Shown: positions 27,846 to 39,679, counted from the stretch's first letter. The stretch is 64,000 nt of DNA from an uncultured Chloroflexia bacterium (GCA_963774265.1 CAVZDU010000003.1:384001-448000); one strand, 5' to 3'. Numbers and translations: made by a program. Notes: generated by a model from the letters alone, not told the origin.

Positions 27846-30674
27846 TTATTTGTCGACCAGGTGTACTTCATAGAATTGCGCGGCCATGCGCGGCTCGCTC
27901 AATGGCAGCCCCCAGGACACCTGCACCGGCCGCACGGCATCCGAGCCTTCCTGGGGCGTGACCCAGGAGGTGCTTGTGGCGCCGCCTGACACGCCGACCA
28001 CTGCGATGAACGCGTGGCCCCAGCGGAAATGCCCGCTCAGATCGGCGGTCAGCCCCAGCGAGCGCAGCGCGTCCAGCGCCGGACCTTCCAGGTGCAGCGA
28101 CGCCTCATCGCGCACCGCACCGGCCACCACCATTCCCGGTGGCTGCGCGGCCACCCATTTGGCCAGGTGTGCGCTTGCCACGGGGTCCGCGTGCGTATCG
28201 AAATTCGCAGCTGCCAGCAGGTTGCCTGCGGCATCGAGGCTGACCAGGTTGTAGCCCCGCTGGTTCGGTGAAACATCGCGGCCGTTCAGATAGATGTGGC
28301 CGAAGTCGCCGGCTTCCTGGCCCGCGCTGCGCACCAGGAGGCCCACCGGCCCCGCGCGGCTCAGCCGAGGCGCGAGCTCGTCGACGCTGAGCGTCCGGCT
28401 GAACCGTAGCCGCACCTCGCTGAGCGCGCCGCGCCGGGCATTGGCGGGCACGTCGAAGCTCACCCAGCCGGGAGCCATCGATAGAGGCTGTTCGCCGAGC
28501 ACTTCTCCATCGACCAGGACGCGCAGCCGCTGATCGGGGACCAGCGCGGCCGCGCGGAACCGGAGCACCGTCGCGCCGAGACCGACCGGCAGCAGCAGCC
28601 GCACCTCTTTCCGCTGTGCGATCACTCCCTCGTCCTCCGGGTTCTCCGTGTCCCCGGTGGCGCCTTCGTTCCCCGGCGGGCTCCAGCCCTCGCCGAGCGC
28701 GATGCGCCCCCCATCTGTGGCCAGGCGATAGGTCGTGGGCGCCGGCAGGTCCTGGGCCACCCGGTACAGCGCCAGGTCGCCCTCTTCGGCCACCAAGCTG
28801 AGGGGCAGCAGGTCCCGCGCCGCGGCCTCTGTCTCCGGCATCAATTTGTCCCGGTGCACCATCACATACCGGATGTTGTTGAAGGCCGCCCAGGCTGCGG
28901 CCTGGTCGCGGTCCGCCGCGGTCACCGGGGAGGCCGCCAGCGCGGCACGCAGGGCAGCATGCTGGGGCACGTCCGCCGCGTTCGTCATGGCGATCAGCCG
29001 CGCCAGCGACGGCTGCTCGCTGAAATACTGGAATTTGAACTCCGGATTGCGTGACGTGTTGCCTCCCAACACCCGCTTCCCGTGCGTCGTCTGATACCAC
29101 AGCTGCTGCATGATCAGCACATCTTGCTTGCCCGCCACCCGCGCGCCGTTCCGCCACCCCAGGGGCAGCTCCAGCAGTGCGAAATCTCCCGCCTCCTGGG
29201 CCACCCGCTCGTAAAGCGCGGGCACGCGCAGATCGGAGATGGGCAGCGGCGCGGACAGGTGCTCGAACAGCATCAGCGCCAATAATGCGGATGCGAGCAC
29301 GGGCAGGCCACGCAGCGACGCCCCGTGAACGGGGCCCTCCCGACGCGGTTGCCCGACGCCTCCCAGGGCAGCCAGCGCGCCGCCTGCCACCAGCGGGGCC
29401 AGGCACAGCAGCAGCATCACGGCGTACCGGCTGGGATACCGGTTGCCCTTGAAGAACGGGAGTTGTTCGATGATCCGGAAGGGCAGCGGGATGCCCGTAT
29501 CGGCTCCCGCCACGCGCAGGTTCGGCCCCAGGGTCAGCAGGAAGAAAAGCGCGGCCGCGCCGGCCCAGAGCCAGGTCGCGCGCCTGCGGCGTCCCCGCCA
29601 CACGCCTGCAACGGCCAGCCCCACGGCCACATAGCCCACGTAAATGTGCTGCCCCTTGTCGATCGCAAACTGGCGCCCATCGGCCTGCAGGCTGATCTCA
29701 TCCGACCAGCCCCGCACGATCCCCCCGAGCAGCGGGTGCAGCTGCGTCGGGACCGCATATCCGGCCAGGTCCGCGGAGAAGATATCCGCGAATCCCCCGC
29801 CCGAGGTGAAGAAATCGCCTTCCGCGGCGAGGTCCGGCAGCATGTTCGCCAGGACAGGCGCAAGGCCCACGGCAAACAGTGCGGCCATCACCGCAAACCG
29901 ACCCAAGAGCGGCAGGAACCTGGACCGCATCCCCCACAGGAAGGCCAGGACCGCGAAGATCACCAGGAACGACGCATAGGTCAGCTCGGCATATGCCTGC
30001 AGGACCAGGAAGAGCGCGGCCAGCGCGGCGTCCCGGGCGGTTCCAGCCGGCCGCGCCGCGCGCCAGATGTAGAGCGCTGCGAACGGCGCCCACTGGGAGC
30101 TGGCAATGTTGCCCTGTCCGAGGGCCGCATAGAACAGCTTGGCGGACGCGAAGGCGTACAGCGCACCGCCTACGAAGGCGGCGGCCTCGACCCCGCGTCG
30201 ACCTGGCCCAGCCAGCCGGTCCGGCCCGGTCCCCCCCAGGAACTCACGGGCCAGCAGGTATCCGCCCAACCCGCTCAGGACGAACGACGACAGCAGCAGC
30301 ACGTTGTAGGCGGGGATCAGCCCGAAGACCGCCTGGAGGGGGACGCTCAGCATGCCGTTGAGGACCGTCAGCGTGTAGAACGCCAGGTTGATGCCCACGG
30401 GCCAAAACTGCCACGCGCAGGAGAAAGGGTTCTGCGGCTGGTCGACAAGCGCGTGCTTCACCCACCACAGGTTCCAGGCCAGCGACGGGTCGTCGATGCC
30501 GTCGCCGGGCACGTGGGTCAGGAAACGCGCGGCGAGGGGCCAGGTCAGGGCCAGGCCGAGCACGGTGTAGGCGAGCACGACGGCCGCGACCCGGACTGCC
30601 GGGCGCCCAGGAGCGCGGTCTGCGTGGATGGATGACACGCCGGTGGATATCACCGCGCCATTATGCCACAGCAT
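27846..30674 (-). CDS. GT-C/YfhO-like polytopic membrane protein with C-terminal ILEI (PANDER-like) domain; start uncertain
   Basis: WNLWW, RYPSRY, LLELPLG; C-terminal RGYNLV..FDT..GAVRDEAS. Confidence 0.7.
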   Translation of the reverse strand: MLWHNGAVISTGVSSIHADRAPGRPAVRVAAVVLAYTVLGLALTWPLAARFLTHVPGDGIDDPSLAWNLWWVKHALVDQPQNPFSCAWQFWPVGINLAFYTLTVLNGMLSVPLQAVFGLIPAYNVLLLSSFVLSGLGGYLLAREFLGGTGPDRLAGPGRRGVEAAAFVGGALYAFASAKLFYAALGQGNIASSQWAPFAALYIWRAARPAGTARDAALAALFLVLQAYAELTYASFLVIFAVLAFLWGMRSRFLPLLGRFAVMAALFAVGLAPVLANMLPDLAAEGDFFTSGGGFADIFSADLAGYAVPTQLHPLLGGIVRGWSDEISLQADGRQFAIDKGQHIYVGYVAVGLAVAGVWRGRRRRATWLWAGAAALFFLLTLGPNLRVAGADTGIPLPFRIIEQLPFFKGNRYPSRYAVMLLLCLAPLVAGGALAALGGVGQPRREGPVHGASLRGLPVLASALLALMLFEHLSAPLPISDLRVPALYERVAQEAGDFALLELPLGWRNGARVAGKQDVLIMQQLWYQTTHGKRVLGGNTSRNPEFKFQYFSEQPSLARLIAMTNAADVPQHAALRAALAASPVTAADRDQAAAWAAFNNIRYVMVHRDKLMPETEAAARDLLPLSLVAEEGDLALYRVAQDLPAPTTYRLATDGGRIALGEGWSPPGNEGATGDTENPEDEGVIAQRKEVRLLLPVGLGATVLRFRAAALVPDQRLRVLVDGEVLGEQPLSMAPGWVSFDVPANARRGALSEVRLRFSRTLSVDELAPRLSRAGPVGLLVRSAGQEAGDFGHIYLNGRDVSPNQRGYNLVSLDAAGNLLAAANFDTHADPVASAHLAKWVAAQPPGMVVAGAVRDEASLHLEGPALDALRSLGLTADLSGHFRWGHAFIAVVGVSGGATSTSWVTPQEGSDAVRPVQVSWGLPLSEPRMAAQFYEVHLVDK

Positions 30675-30883
30675 GGCACGGGGTTCCAGAGAACGTCCCG
30701 GTGGAGCTTCTCAAGCAGGCACCCGGCACTGGGAACCGTCCCCGTAGGGGACCTCAAAAGGGCCGGGCGTCTTCTTGTGCACTGGAGCACTGGATTTCGG
30801 AGGGATATACCGCACGTCCTCACAAAGCGGTCAGGAGCGGGCAGCAGCGGCTGGTCAGCGGGGATACTGGGCGCGGGGCCAGT

Positions 30884-30927
30884 CCCCGGGTGTGATACGG
30901 ACGTCCTTGCGCCTAACACACCCGGGG
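30884..30927. terminator. Inverted repeat downstream of the large lipoprotein gene
   Basis: CCCCGGGTGTG...CACACCCGGGG, 11-bp stem, no T tract. Confidence 0.35.
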
Positions 30928-30945
30928 TGCCCTGCCTGGTCGGCC

Positions 30946-33900
30946 CTACTTGGCTTTCAGAGGGATGTTGTCCATTGGGGTGAGGGTGCCATCGATGACG
31001 GTTAGCTCATGGCCACAGGCGGTCGTGAATGCATTGTTGTACGAGTCACCGCTGTAGGCCGCCTGCCAGTAGAACTTGCCCGGGATCAAGGTCCCGTAGC
31101 CGGTGAGCGTCGCAGCTGCACGGGTGGCGCCCGCGTATGTGATCGGGACGATCTCGCTGTAGGGCGAGTTGGGCGAGCCGGGCATGAGCCAGGGATCCTG
31201 GCAGTTCTCATCCTTGAATAGCGTGAAGGTGACCTTGGCCGGGCTGTCGGCCAGGGGGCGGATGCCGGTGATGTGCAAGGTGTCGTGCAGCACCCAGGAC
31301 ATCGCCGTGGTGCCCGAGGCCTTGATTTCGATGCCGCCGCGGTTGATGATGCGGTCCAGCAGCCTGCCGAGGTTGAGCCCCGCTTTGGACTTCGTGACGG
31401 TCGTGGTCCCGCCGATTGCGGTGATCTCGTGGCCACAGCCGGTCTTGAATCCGGGGTTGTTCGGGTCACCGGTGTAGGTCGCCTGCCAGTAGAAGGTGCC
31501 CGAGTAGGGCGCACCCTCGACCGGGGCCGGTATGGGGTAGCCGGTGAGCGTCCGGGCCTTGCCGGTGGAACCCTCATACGTGATCGGGACTGTTTCGGCA
31601 TAGGGCGAGCCCTCCAAGAGCCAGGGCGCCTCGCAGTTCTTATCCTTGAACAGCGTGAAGGTGACCTTGGCCGGGCTGCCGGCCAGTGGGCGGATGTCCT
31701 CGATGGTCAACTCATCATGCAGCACCCAGGACATCGCCGTGGCGCCGCTGGGCGTGGCCGGGCTGTCGGAGTTGGTGATAGTGCAGGTCTTCTCGTCGCC
31801 GGGCAGGAGGGCGACCGCGCCGTCCGGTGTGCAGTCGCCGGACCAGGCGGAGGCCGTGTAACCCGCGGGGCCGGTCTCGCTGACGTCGTACGTGCCGACA
31901 TCGAAGCCGGTGAAGGCATTCCAGGCGACGTCCGTGCTGACCGCGCCATCCGTCACCGCAGCCTGGAAATCACCCGCGGTGGCCGTGCCGCCGTACTTTA
32001 TATTCATTGCCTTGACGAGCTCGAGCTTGGGCTGCACGTCGCTGTTCGTGATGGTGCAGGTCTTCTCGTCACCGGAATGGAGGGTGATCGTGCCGTCCGC
32101 TGCGCAGTCGCCGGTCCAGGCGGACGCCGTGTAACCCGCTGGGCCGGTCTCGCTGGCGACATAGCTGCCAACCTTGAGGCCGGCGAAGGTGTTCCAGGCC
32201 ACGTCCGTGCTGACCGCGCCATCCGAGACCGCAGCCTTGAAGTCAGCCGCGGTGGCTGTGCCGCCGTACTTGATGTCCATCATTTTGACCAGCTTGAGCC
32301 TGGGCTGCAAGTCGCTGTTCGTAATGGTGCAGGTCTTCTCGTCGCCGGGCTGGAGGGTGATCGTGCCGTCCGCGTCGCAGTCGCCGGTCCAGTCGGAAGC
32401 CGTGTAGCCCGCCGGGCCGGTTTCGCTGGCGACATAGCTGCCGGCCTTGAGGCCGACGAAGGTATCCCAGGCCACGTCTGTGCTGGTGGCAGCGCCACCC
32501 GACACCGCAGCCGTGAAGTCGGCCGCGGTGGCTGTGCCGCCGTACTGGATGTTCATCATCTTGACGAGCTTGAGCCTGGGCTGGATGTCGTCGTTGGTGA
32601 TGGTGCAGGTGATGTCGTCGCCATAGTTGATCGCGACCCGGCTATCCGTGACGACAACCTCGTCGGTGGTTCCGGTCTTCACACAGGTCCATGCGCTGGC
32701 AGTGTAGCCATCAGGGACGACAGGGTCGCTCCCCACGTATGTCTCGCTCAGCGTATAGGTGTCGAGCTTGAAGTTCGGCCACAAGACAGCGCTGTCGACC
32801 GGCGACGTCCCTGTGAGGTCGGTGGGTTCGTCGGTGCGGGCGCCCGCAGCCCCGAGCGTCCAGTCCGCCACGACAGCCGTGCCGCCGTCATCGTTGGACA
32901 CCTCCTTGACCAGGTGCAGCTGCGGAATGGCCCGGTTGGTAAAGATGCAGATGACATCGTCATCGGGCTTGAGGGGCAGGTTCACGGGTCCGGGTCCGGC
33001 GCCCGAGGCGAACGCCGCGGTTTCATCGTTTTTGGTGCAGGCGTAGGAGATATCGTAGGCGCTGAGGTCGGTGCCTATGTCGGTGCCTGTGTCGGTGCCT
33101 GTGTCGGTGCCGGCGCCCGTGCCGGGATGCGCCGCCTCGCCCACCGTGTGATCCGCGCCAGGAGCTGACTGCGTGCCGGCGCTCACCGCAATGCGTCCCG
33201 TGGAGCCTCCGTCGCCGACGCCAGCGCTCCCCGAGGCAACTGCGCCGTCGATGAGCAGGTCGAACAGCCCCGGATTGCTCTGGGGGATCAGGTCCTTGAC
33301 GACCTCAAGGTGAGCGACCTTCGGGACGGTCAGGCCGCTGATTGGAACATAGGAGCAGTTGCACTTCGCCTTGTTGTTCGGTTTGGTATCCGTGACCGAT
33401 AGGCAGACGGTGCTCGCGTTGGCCTGGTTGTCCCAGCTCACGCAGGTGCTGACATCGGCAACTCCGTCTGCACCGGGTTTGCCGTCCGCGCCCCCGTTAT
33501 CCTGGCATATCACGTCGACCGGCACTGGACCGGTATCTGCATAAGCTCCGGCAACCAGTAGCTCGCCGACATCGCGGAAAGTGTGTTCCCCCTGCTTGAT
33601 GTCGCCGCACAGGTCCCCCGCGTTTTCCGCGGTCAGGAAGGGTCCGCCGCCGGTGTAGACGGGCTGGCCGCCCTCTGCGGGCGGGGTGAACAGCTTGCCC
33701 GGGTCATAGCCGGTGCTCGCCAGCGGGGGCGCCAGGTAGTCCCGGTAACACATGCCGGTGAGCGCGTTCCCGCCGTCCTGCGCGATGAACAGGCCGATGT
33801 CGTAGCGTTCATGGGCGCCCCCCACCAGCTCGGCCTGCAGCTTAACCTGGAGTTTTTCGCCGGGCAGGCACTCTTCAGGGCCCTCGACCAGGTTGTACTG

Positions 33901-34116
33901 GCTGACGCGAACGTCTTCCGCCGTGCAGTTGAGCTTATCGGTATCGCTGAAAACGTCTTGCATGCAGTTCCCCGCAGCAGCGGCCTCTGGCACCGCCGGA
34001 GCAAGGGGGGCCGGGGCAACGGTGACCGCAGCGCATCCTGCGCACAGCAGGGTCGGAATGAGGAAAAGAATCCAGGCACGCCTGGTTGCGGGAAATCGTC
34101 GGGTGGGGAGTTGCAT
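30946..34116 (-). CDS. Large secreted or lipid-anchored surface protein with Ig/prealbumin-like repeats
   Basis: ATG 34116 after AAGGAGG; LLCAGC lipobox; Cys-rich N-domain; three ~91-aa repeats ending TCTITN; two C-terminal repeats (FYWQA.Y.GD). Confidence 0.8.
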   Translation of the reverse strand: MQLPTRRFPATRRAWILFLIPTLLCAGCAAVTVAPAPLAPAVPEAAAAGNCMQDVFSDTDKLNCTAEDVRVSQYNLVEGPEECLPGEKLQVKLQAELVGGAHERYDIGLFIAQDGGNALTGMCYRDYLAPPLASTGYDPGKLFTPPAEGGQPVYTGGGPFLTAENAGDLCGDIKQGEHTFRDVGELLVAGAYADTGPVPVDVICQDNGGADGKPGADGVADVSTCVSWDNQANASTVCLSVTDTKPNNKAKCNCSYVPISGLTVPKVAHLEVVKDLIPQSNPGLFDLLIDGAVASGSAGVGDGGSTGRIAVSAGTQSAPGADHTVGEAAHPGTGAGTDTGTDTGTDIGTDLSAYDISYACTKNDETAAFASGAGPGPVNLPLKPDDDVICIFTNRAIPQLHLVKEVSNDDGGTAVVADWTLGAAGARTDEPTDLTGTSPVDSAVLWPNFKLDTYTLSETYVGSDPVVPDGYTASAWTCVKTGTTDEVVVTDSRVAINYGDDITCTITNDDIQPRLKLVKMMNIQYGGTATAADFTAAVSGGAATSTDVAWDTFVGLKAGSYVASETGPAGYTASDWTGDCDADGTITLQPGDEKTCTITNSDLQPRLKLVKMMDIKYGGTATAADFKAAVSDGAVSTDVAWNTFAGLKVGSYVASETGPAGYTASAWTGDCAADGTITLHSGDEKTCTITNSDVQPKLELVKAMNIKYGGTATAGDFQAAVTDGAVSTDVAWNAFTGFDVGTYDVSETGPAGYTASAWSGDCTPDGAVALLPGDEKTCTITNSDSPATPSGATAMSWVLHDELTIEDIRPLAGSPAKVTFTLFKDKNCEAPWLLEGSPYAETVPITYEGSTGKARTLTGYPIPAPVEGAPYSGTFYWQATYTGDPNNPGFKTGCGHEITAIGGTTTVTKSKAGLNLGRLLDRIINRGGIEIKASGTTAMSWVLHDTLHITGIRPLADSPAKVTFTLFKDENCQDPWLMPGSPNSPYSEIVPITYAGATRAAATLTGYGTLIPGKFYWQAAYSGDSYNNAFTTACGHELTVIDGTLTPMDNIPLKAK
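31765..32584 (-). repeat. Three ~273-bp tandem domain repeats
   Basis: QP.L.LVK.M.I.YGGTATA.DF...DEKTCTITNSD three times. Confidence 0.9.
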
Positions 34117-34177
34117 TGGGTCCTCCTTAAACTGCTCCGGGAACTTTGACTTGTGGTTACCAGTAAATACTATATCA

Positions 34178-34206
34178 ATTATCGCGCGGGAGCCACGCAT
34201 TGTCAA
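34178..34206 (-). promoter_or_regulatory. Sigma70 promoter of the large lipoprotein gene
   Basis: TTGACA-17-GATAAT. Confidence 0.6.
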
Positions 34207-34224
34207 TAGTGAAAGAGAGATTGA

Positions 34225-34423
34225 TTTTGAACCATTGCATGATTTCCGGAAGGGGCGCACACGGTAGGGGCGCACACGCGGTGGGGGCGCACACACGGTG
34301 GGGGCGCACGCGCGGTGGGGGCGCACACGCGGTAGGGGCGCACGCGCGGTAGGGGCGCACCTGTGTGCGCCCCCGGGGGGGCCGACACGCAGGTCGGCCC
34401 CTACGGCGTCTGCGCCCGGTACG
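34225..34423 (-). repeat. Copy of the RAYT internal loop region, with an inverted REP pair and a 17-bp tandem array
   Basis: 34225-34249 identical to 34895-34919; 34411-34423 identical to 35013-35025; five GGTRGGGGCGCACRCRC units at 34263-34347. Confidence 0.85.
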
Positions 34424-34641
34424 CAGCAGCGCATGCGTGCCGCGCCAGGATCGAGCCGTACCCTTCATCCTGCCTTAGCGGGCTGCAGGAACGGCTAATT
34501 CCCCCTGGCGCGCTGCTGAAGGAGGTCGGCAACACCACGATCGATATCGAGGAACTATGCGAGGCACTGGCCCGGTGAGCGGGCCTGCGGTGCTCACCCT
34601 TTCCTGACGAAACCCCCGGGGTGCTGAGGTCTTTTCTGATT

Positions 34642-34686
34642 TTCGAGCGCGGCATCTTCGACAAGGGATTCGGTGAAGCGGGTCAT
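34642..34686 (-). pseudogene. N-terminal relic resembling type I restriction subunit HsdR
   Basis: MTRFTESLVEDAALE; ATG overlaps the RAYT stop (ATGA); similarity lost after about 15 codons. Confidence 0.5.
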
Positions 34687-35309
34687 GGTTTCAGGCCTCC
34701 GCGGGTGTACACCGCCGGGTTCTCGCGATCGAGCGCCCATCGCAATGGATTCTCATCGATGTAGCGCCTGATGCGGACTAACGCCGCATCATCCCGGATG
34801 ACATGGTCGTAATAGTTCCGCTGCCATAGTTTGCCAGGGAAGGGCGACCACCCCATTGTCTTAACGCCGCGAATGTATTCGTTCGTGGTCATTGTTTTGA
34901 ACCATTGCATGATTTCCGGTACGCCCGGGGGGCCGACACGCAGGTCGGCCCGTACGGGGTGTGCGTCCGGTGCGCATGGGGGGCCGACACGCAGGTCGGC
35001 CCCTACGTCGTTTGCGCCCGGTACGGCGGGCGCCGTGACAATCGCGATGATGCCATGGAAATGGTTTGGCATCACCACGAATGCATCTGTGTTGACATGG
35101 GGGAATTTGATCTCCAGTTCCTGCCACCAACGTTCAACCATGTGCCCGGCCTGGTTCAGGGCGATTTCGCCGGTCGGCGTCACATCACCCAACAGACATT
35201 CGCGCCCCTGTGTGCACACGGTGACGAAATACGCACCGGCCTGAGCGTAATCATAGCCGGGTAGACGCAGCGAACGGCGATGATGGTTGTCCGAATCGTA
35301 GGCCATCAT
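34683..35309 (-). mobile_element. REP-associated tyrosine transposase (RAYT, Y1 HUH family)
   Basis: RRSLRLPGYDY..GAYFVT, HUH motif MPNHFH, LWQRNYYDHVIR, YIDENP; flanking GTAG palindromes. Confidence 0.9.
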
Positions 35310-35312
35310 GTT

Positions 35313-35402
35313 TCATAGCCCGCGGGCCATCTCCTCCAGGGTTGTGTTGATGCGTCGGTTGAGCCCGATCTTTTCGTCCAGCGTGCCGAGGATGTGGTCG
35401 AT
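35313..35402 (-). pseudogene. Relic resembling the conserved helical region of type I RM specificity subunit HsdS
   Basis: IDHILGTLDEKIGLNRRINTTLEEMARGL. Confidence 0.65.
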
Positions 35403-35435
35403 CCCGGCCGACATGCGAACCCCCGGCATGTCCTC

Positions 35436-35650
35436 GTAGGGGGCGACCTGCGTGTCGCCCCGCGTGTGTGTCGTCCCGCGTGTGTGTCGTCCCGCGTGTG
35501 GGGCGGACACGCAGGTCCGCCCCTACCCGTGCCGGTTTCGAATCGCCCCGCGTGTGTGTCGCCCCGCGTGTGGGGGCGGACACGTAGGTCCGCCCCTACC
35601 TGCGCCGGTTTCGGATCGCCCTGGGGCGGACACGTAGGTCCGCCCCATAC
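35436..35650. repeat. REP cluster (BIME/REPIN-like) upstream of the RAYT
   Basis: GTAGGGG(C/G)-palindromes at 35436-35460 (+), 35501-35526, 35574-35599 and 35624-35650 (-), with 16-bp CGCGTGTGTGTCGTCC spacer repeats. Confidence 0.9.
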
Positions 35651-35811
35651 GGGAACGGATGTTACCACTAACTGCAATGACGGTAAAGACAAAATTGTCG
35701 CCTACACACTTGAAGCCAGTATCCTGCGGGCATAGGATGTGCATCTCGGCAAGAAACGCTATGGGCAGGGGAAGCCCTGGCGCAGGCGCTCGAGGCAAGA
35801 GGGAGTGATAC

Positions 35812-36375
35812 ATGGCCAAGTTGATCTACGGAATGATCACGTCGTTGGACGGGTACACCGAGGACGAGCGCGGCGACTTCGGATGGGGCGCTCCCGACGA
35901 GGGCGTACATTCTTACATCACCGAGCTCGCGTCATCGGTCGGCACCTACCTGTACGGGCGGAGGATGTACGAGACGATGGTCTACTGGGAAACAGCGGAC
36001 GCGATTCCCGACCAACCGCAGTTCATTCTCGACTGGGCGCGGCAGTGGCAGGCAGCCGAGAAGATCGTTTACTCCAGAACCCTCGCTAAACATCGCAGTG
36101 CACGGACGCGGATCGAGCGGGAGTTTGATGGCAATGCAGTCCGACGCCTCAAAGCTGATAGCCCGCACGACCTTTCCGTTGACGGTCCTGAACTCGCCGC
36201 GCAGGCGATTCGCTCGGACCTTGTCGATGAGTTTCAGATGATTATTTGCCCTGTAATCGTGGGGGGCGGAAAGCGGTTCTTCCCGGAGGGTGTGCGGCTG
36301 GACCTGGAACTCATGGAGGAACGTCGGTTTGGCAACGGCGTGATTGTTCTGCGTTACGCTGTCCGCCGCGACTGA
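35812..36375 (+). CDS. Dihydrofolate reductase-like (RibD C-terminal) protein
   Basis: MITSLDGY, YLYGRRMYE, LVDEF..PVIVGGGKRFF. Confidence 0.9.
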   Translation: MAKLIYGMITSLDGYTEDERGDFGWGAPDEGVHSYITELASSVGTYLYGRRMYETMVYWETADAIPDQPQFILDWARQWQAAEKIVYSRTLAKHRSARTRIEREFDGNAVRRLKADSPHDLSVDGPELAAQAIRSDLVDEFQMIICPVIVGGGKRFFPEGVRLDLELMEERRFGNGVIVLRYAVRRD

Positions 36376-36417
36376 CGTTCACAATTCGAAACGCGCAGAA
36401 ACCACGACCTTGACCTA

Positions 36418-36446
36418 TTGACGGCGGTCGCGCGGTGCCCTATAAT
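36418..36446 (+). promoter_or_regulatory. Sigma70 promoter
   Basis: TTGACG-17-TATAAT. Confidence 0.65.
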
Positions 36447-36496
36447 TCGAGCCAGCTCTGGGACGCACGGGGAATAATTTGCCAAGGAGAGCCGCT

Positions 36497-38464
<1,968 letters not shown>

Positions 38465-38597
38465 GGTCTCCTCTGATCTTCAGATGTCGGAATTTTCGAC
38501 ATTTGCCCGGGCGTATTGCACATTCCGGCGGGATCGCCCGGAGCCGCGATACGACCGGGCGCTTTGGCGGGACGGATAGCGGTGACAGTGATCTGCG

Positions 38598-38865
38598 CCA
38601 GGGCGCGGGTAAGGCTTCCGGCGGACAAGGCTGGGCCGACGTTTGGAAAAAGTCGTGCTTCGCGTGGGAGTACAAGGGCAAGCACATCAATCTGGATAAG
38701 GCGTATGTGCAGCTCCTGATGTACTACGGTTCGCTCGATAATCCCCCGATTCTCATCGTCTCCGACATCGACACCATCCGCATACACACGCACTTCACGA
38801 ACACTGTGCGGAAGGTCGAGATCATCACGCTGGATGACCTGCTGCGGCCCGATAAGCTGGATCAT
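38598..38865 (+). pseudogene. Fragment of an MmeI-like type IIL restriction-modification enzyme (nuclease region)
   Basis: GGQGWADVWKKSCFAWEYKGK..LDKAY.QL..Y..LDNPPILIVSD..IHTHFTN; no methylase portion follows. Confidence 0.8.
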
Positions 38866-38929
38866 GGCGCACGGTCTCGACCAGCAGCCATTCGTAACTA
38901 TCATCCCGGGCTGGCGGTCGGCCGCGCTC

Positions 38930-39579
38930 GAATCATTGCCGCGGAGGCGGCTGTGGCAGCCCTGGCAGGTCACCTGCGTACGCGTCTCGTTCAACCACAT
39001 GATATCCACGCGCCCGTCTGTGTGGTGCCCCTCGTGACAGTCGACGCACCTGGCCGCGTTGGGGTCGATGCCTTGCCACTGGCTCAGGAAGTAATGAAAA
39101 TGGTTCTCCATGGTGCGCTCGCCGGCGATCTGCGCGTGGCATTTGATGCAGTTGGCATCCGCCAGGAGGACGGTGATCTGAGCTGGCTGGACGGCGGTGT
39201 GGGTAACCCAGGCCAGCGCGTTGTGTGCGCCGAGCAGCTCCGCGCGGACGCGGCCGTCGACGCCCGGCCCAGAGTGACAGTCGATGCACCTCACGGACTT
39301 GGCGTGGTGCGCCGAGGCGAGATCGGTGACCGCGCTGGTCTCCCGGCCGAAGAAGGTCGTCTCGGGCTGCGTGTGGCACGAGGCGCAAAAGGGATCCCGC
39401 TGCTCCTGCGTTGCCGCAAAGGTGAAACCACCCGCGGTCAATAGGATAGCCGCTGCGAAGGCGATCGCCAACACGATGACAAGGCGCGGGATTTTGCGGC
39501 GCGGTTCGGGTTTAGCCTGCAGAGCAGGTCTGGGGCGAGAACCAGTGGTGGGCACAGGGCACCTCACAGATGACGGCAT
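38930..39579 (-). CDS. Membrane-anchored pentaheme cytochrome c (NapC/NirT-like); ends uncertain
   Basis: TM helix plus CASCH, CIDCH, CIKCH, CVDCH, CQGCH. Confidence 0.85.
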
Positions 39580-39679
39580 GGTTTTGTGATGGAATGCACG
39601 CTGAGTGAGATGTTACCACCGGCACTGTCGGATCGCAAGCGCGCGCAGGACTTGCACAGGGCGAAGTCATGTTTGCCGG

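Noticed and set aside
31273-33168. Long antisense ORFs (also 26186-27748, 29325-30635, 55212-56348, 57452-58771)
   Set aside because: Shadow ORFs expected from high-GC codon bias; no recognisable motifs.
34117-34434. N-terminal extension of the 1162-aa ORF
   Set aside because: It is translated REP DNA; the RBS, promoter and signal peptide support a start at 34116.
34251-35650. Repeat arrays as CRISPR
   Set aside because: The units are contiguous or separated by repeated rather than unique spacers, there are no cas genes, and they fit GTAG REPs beside a RAYT.
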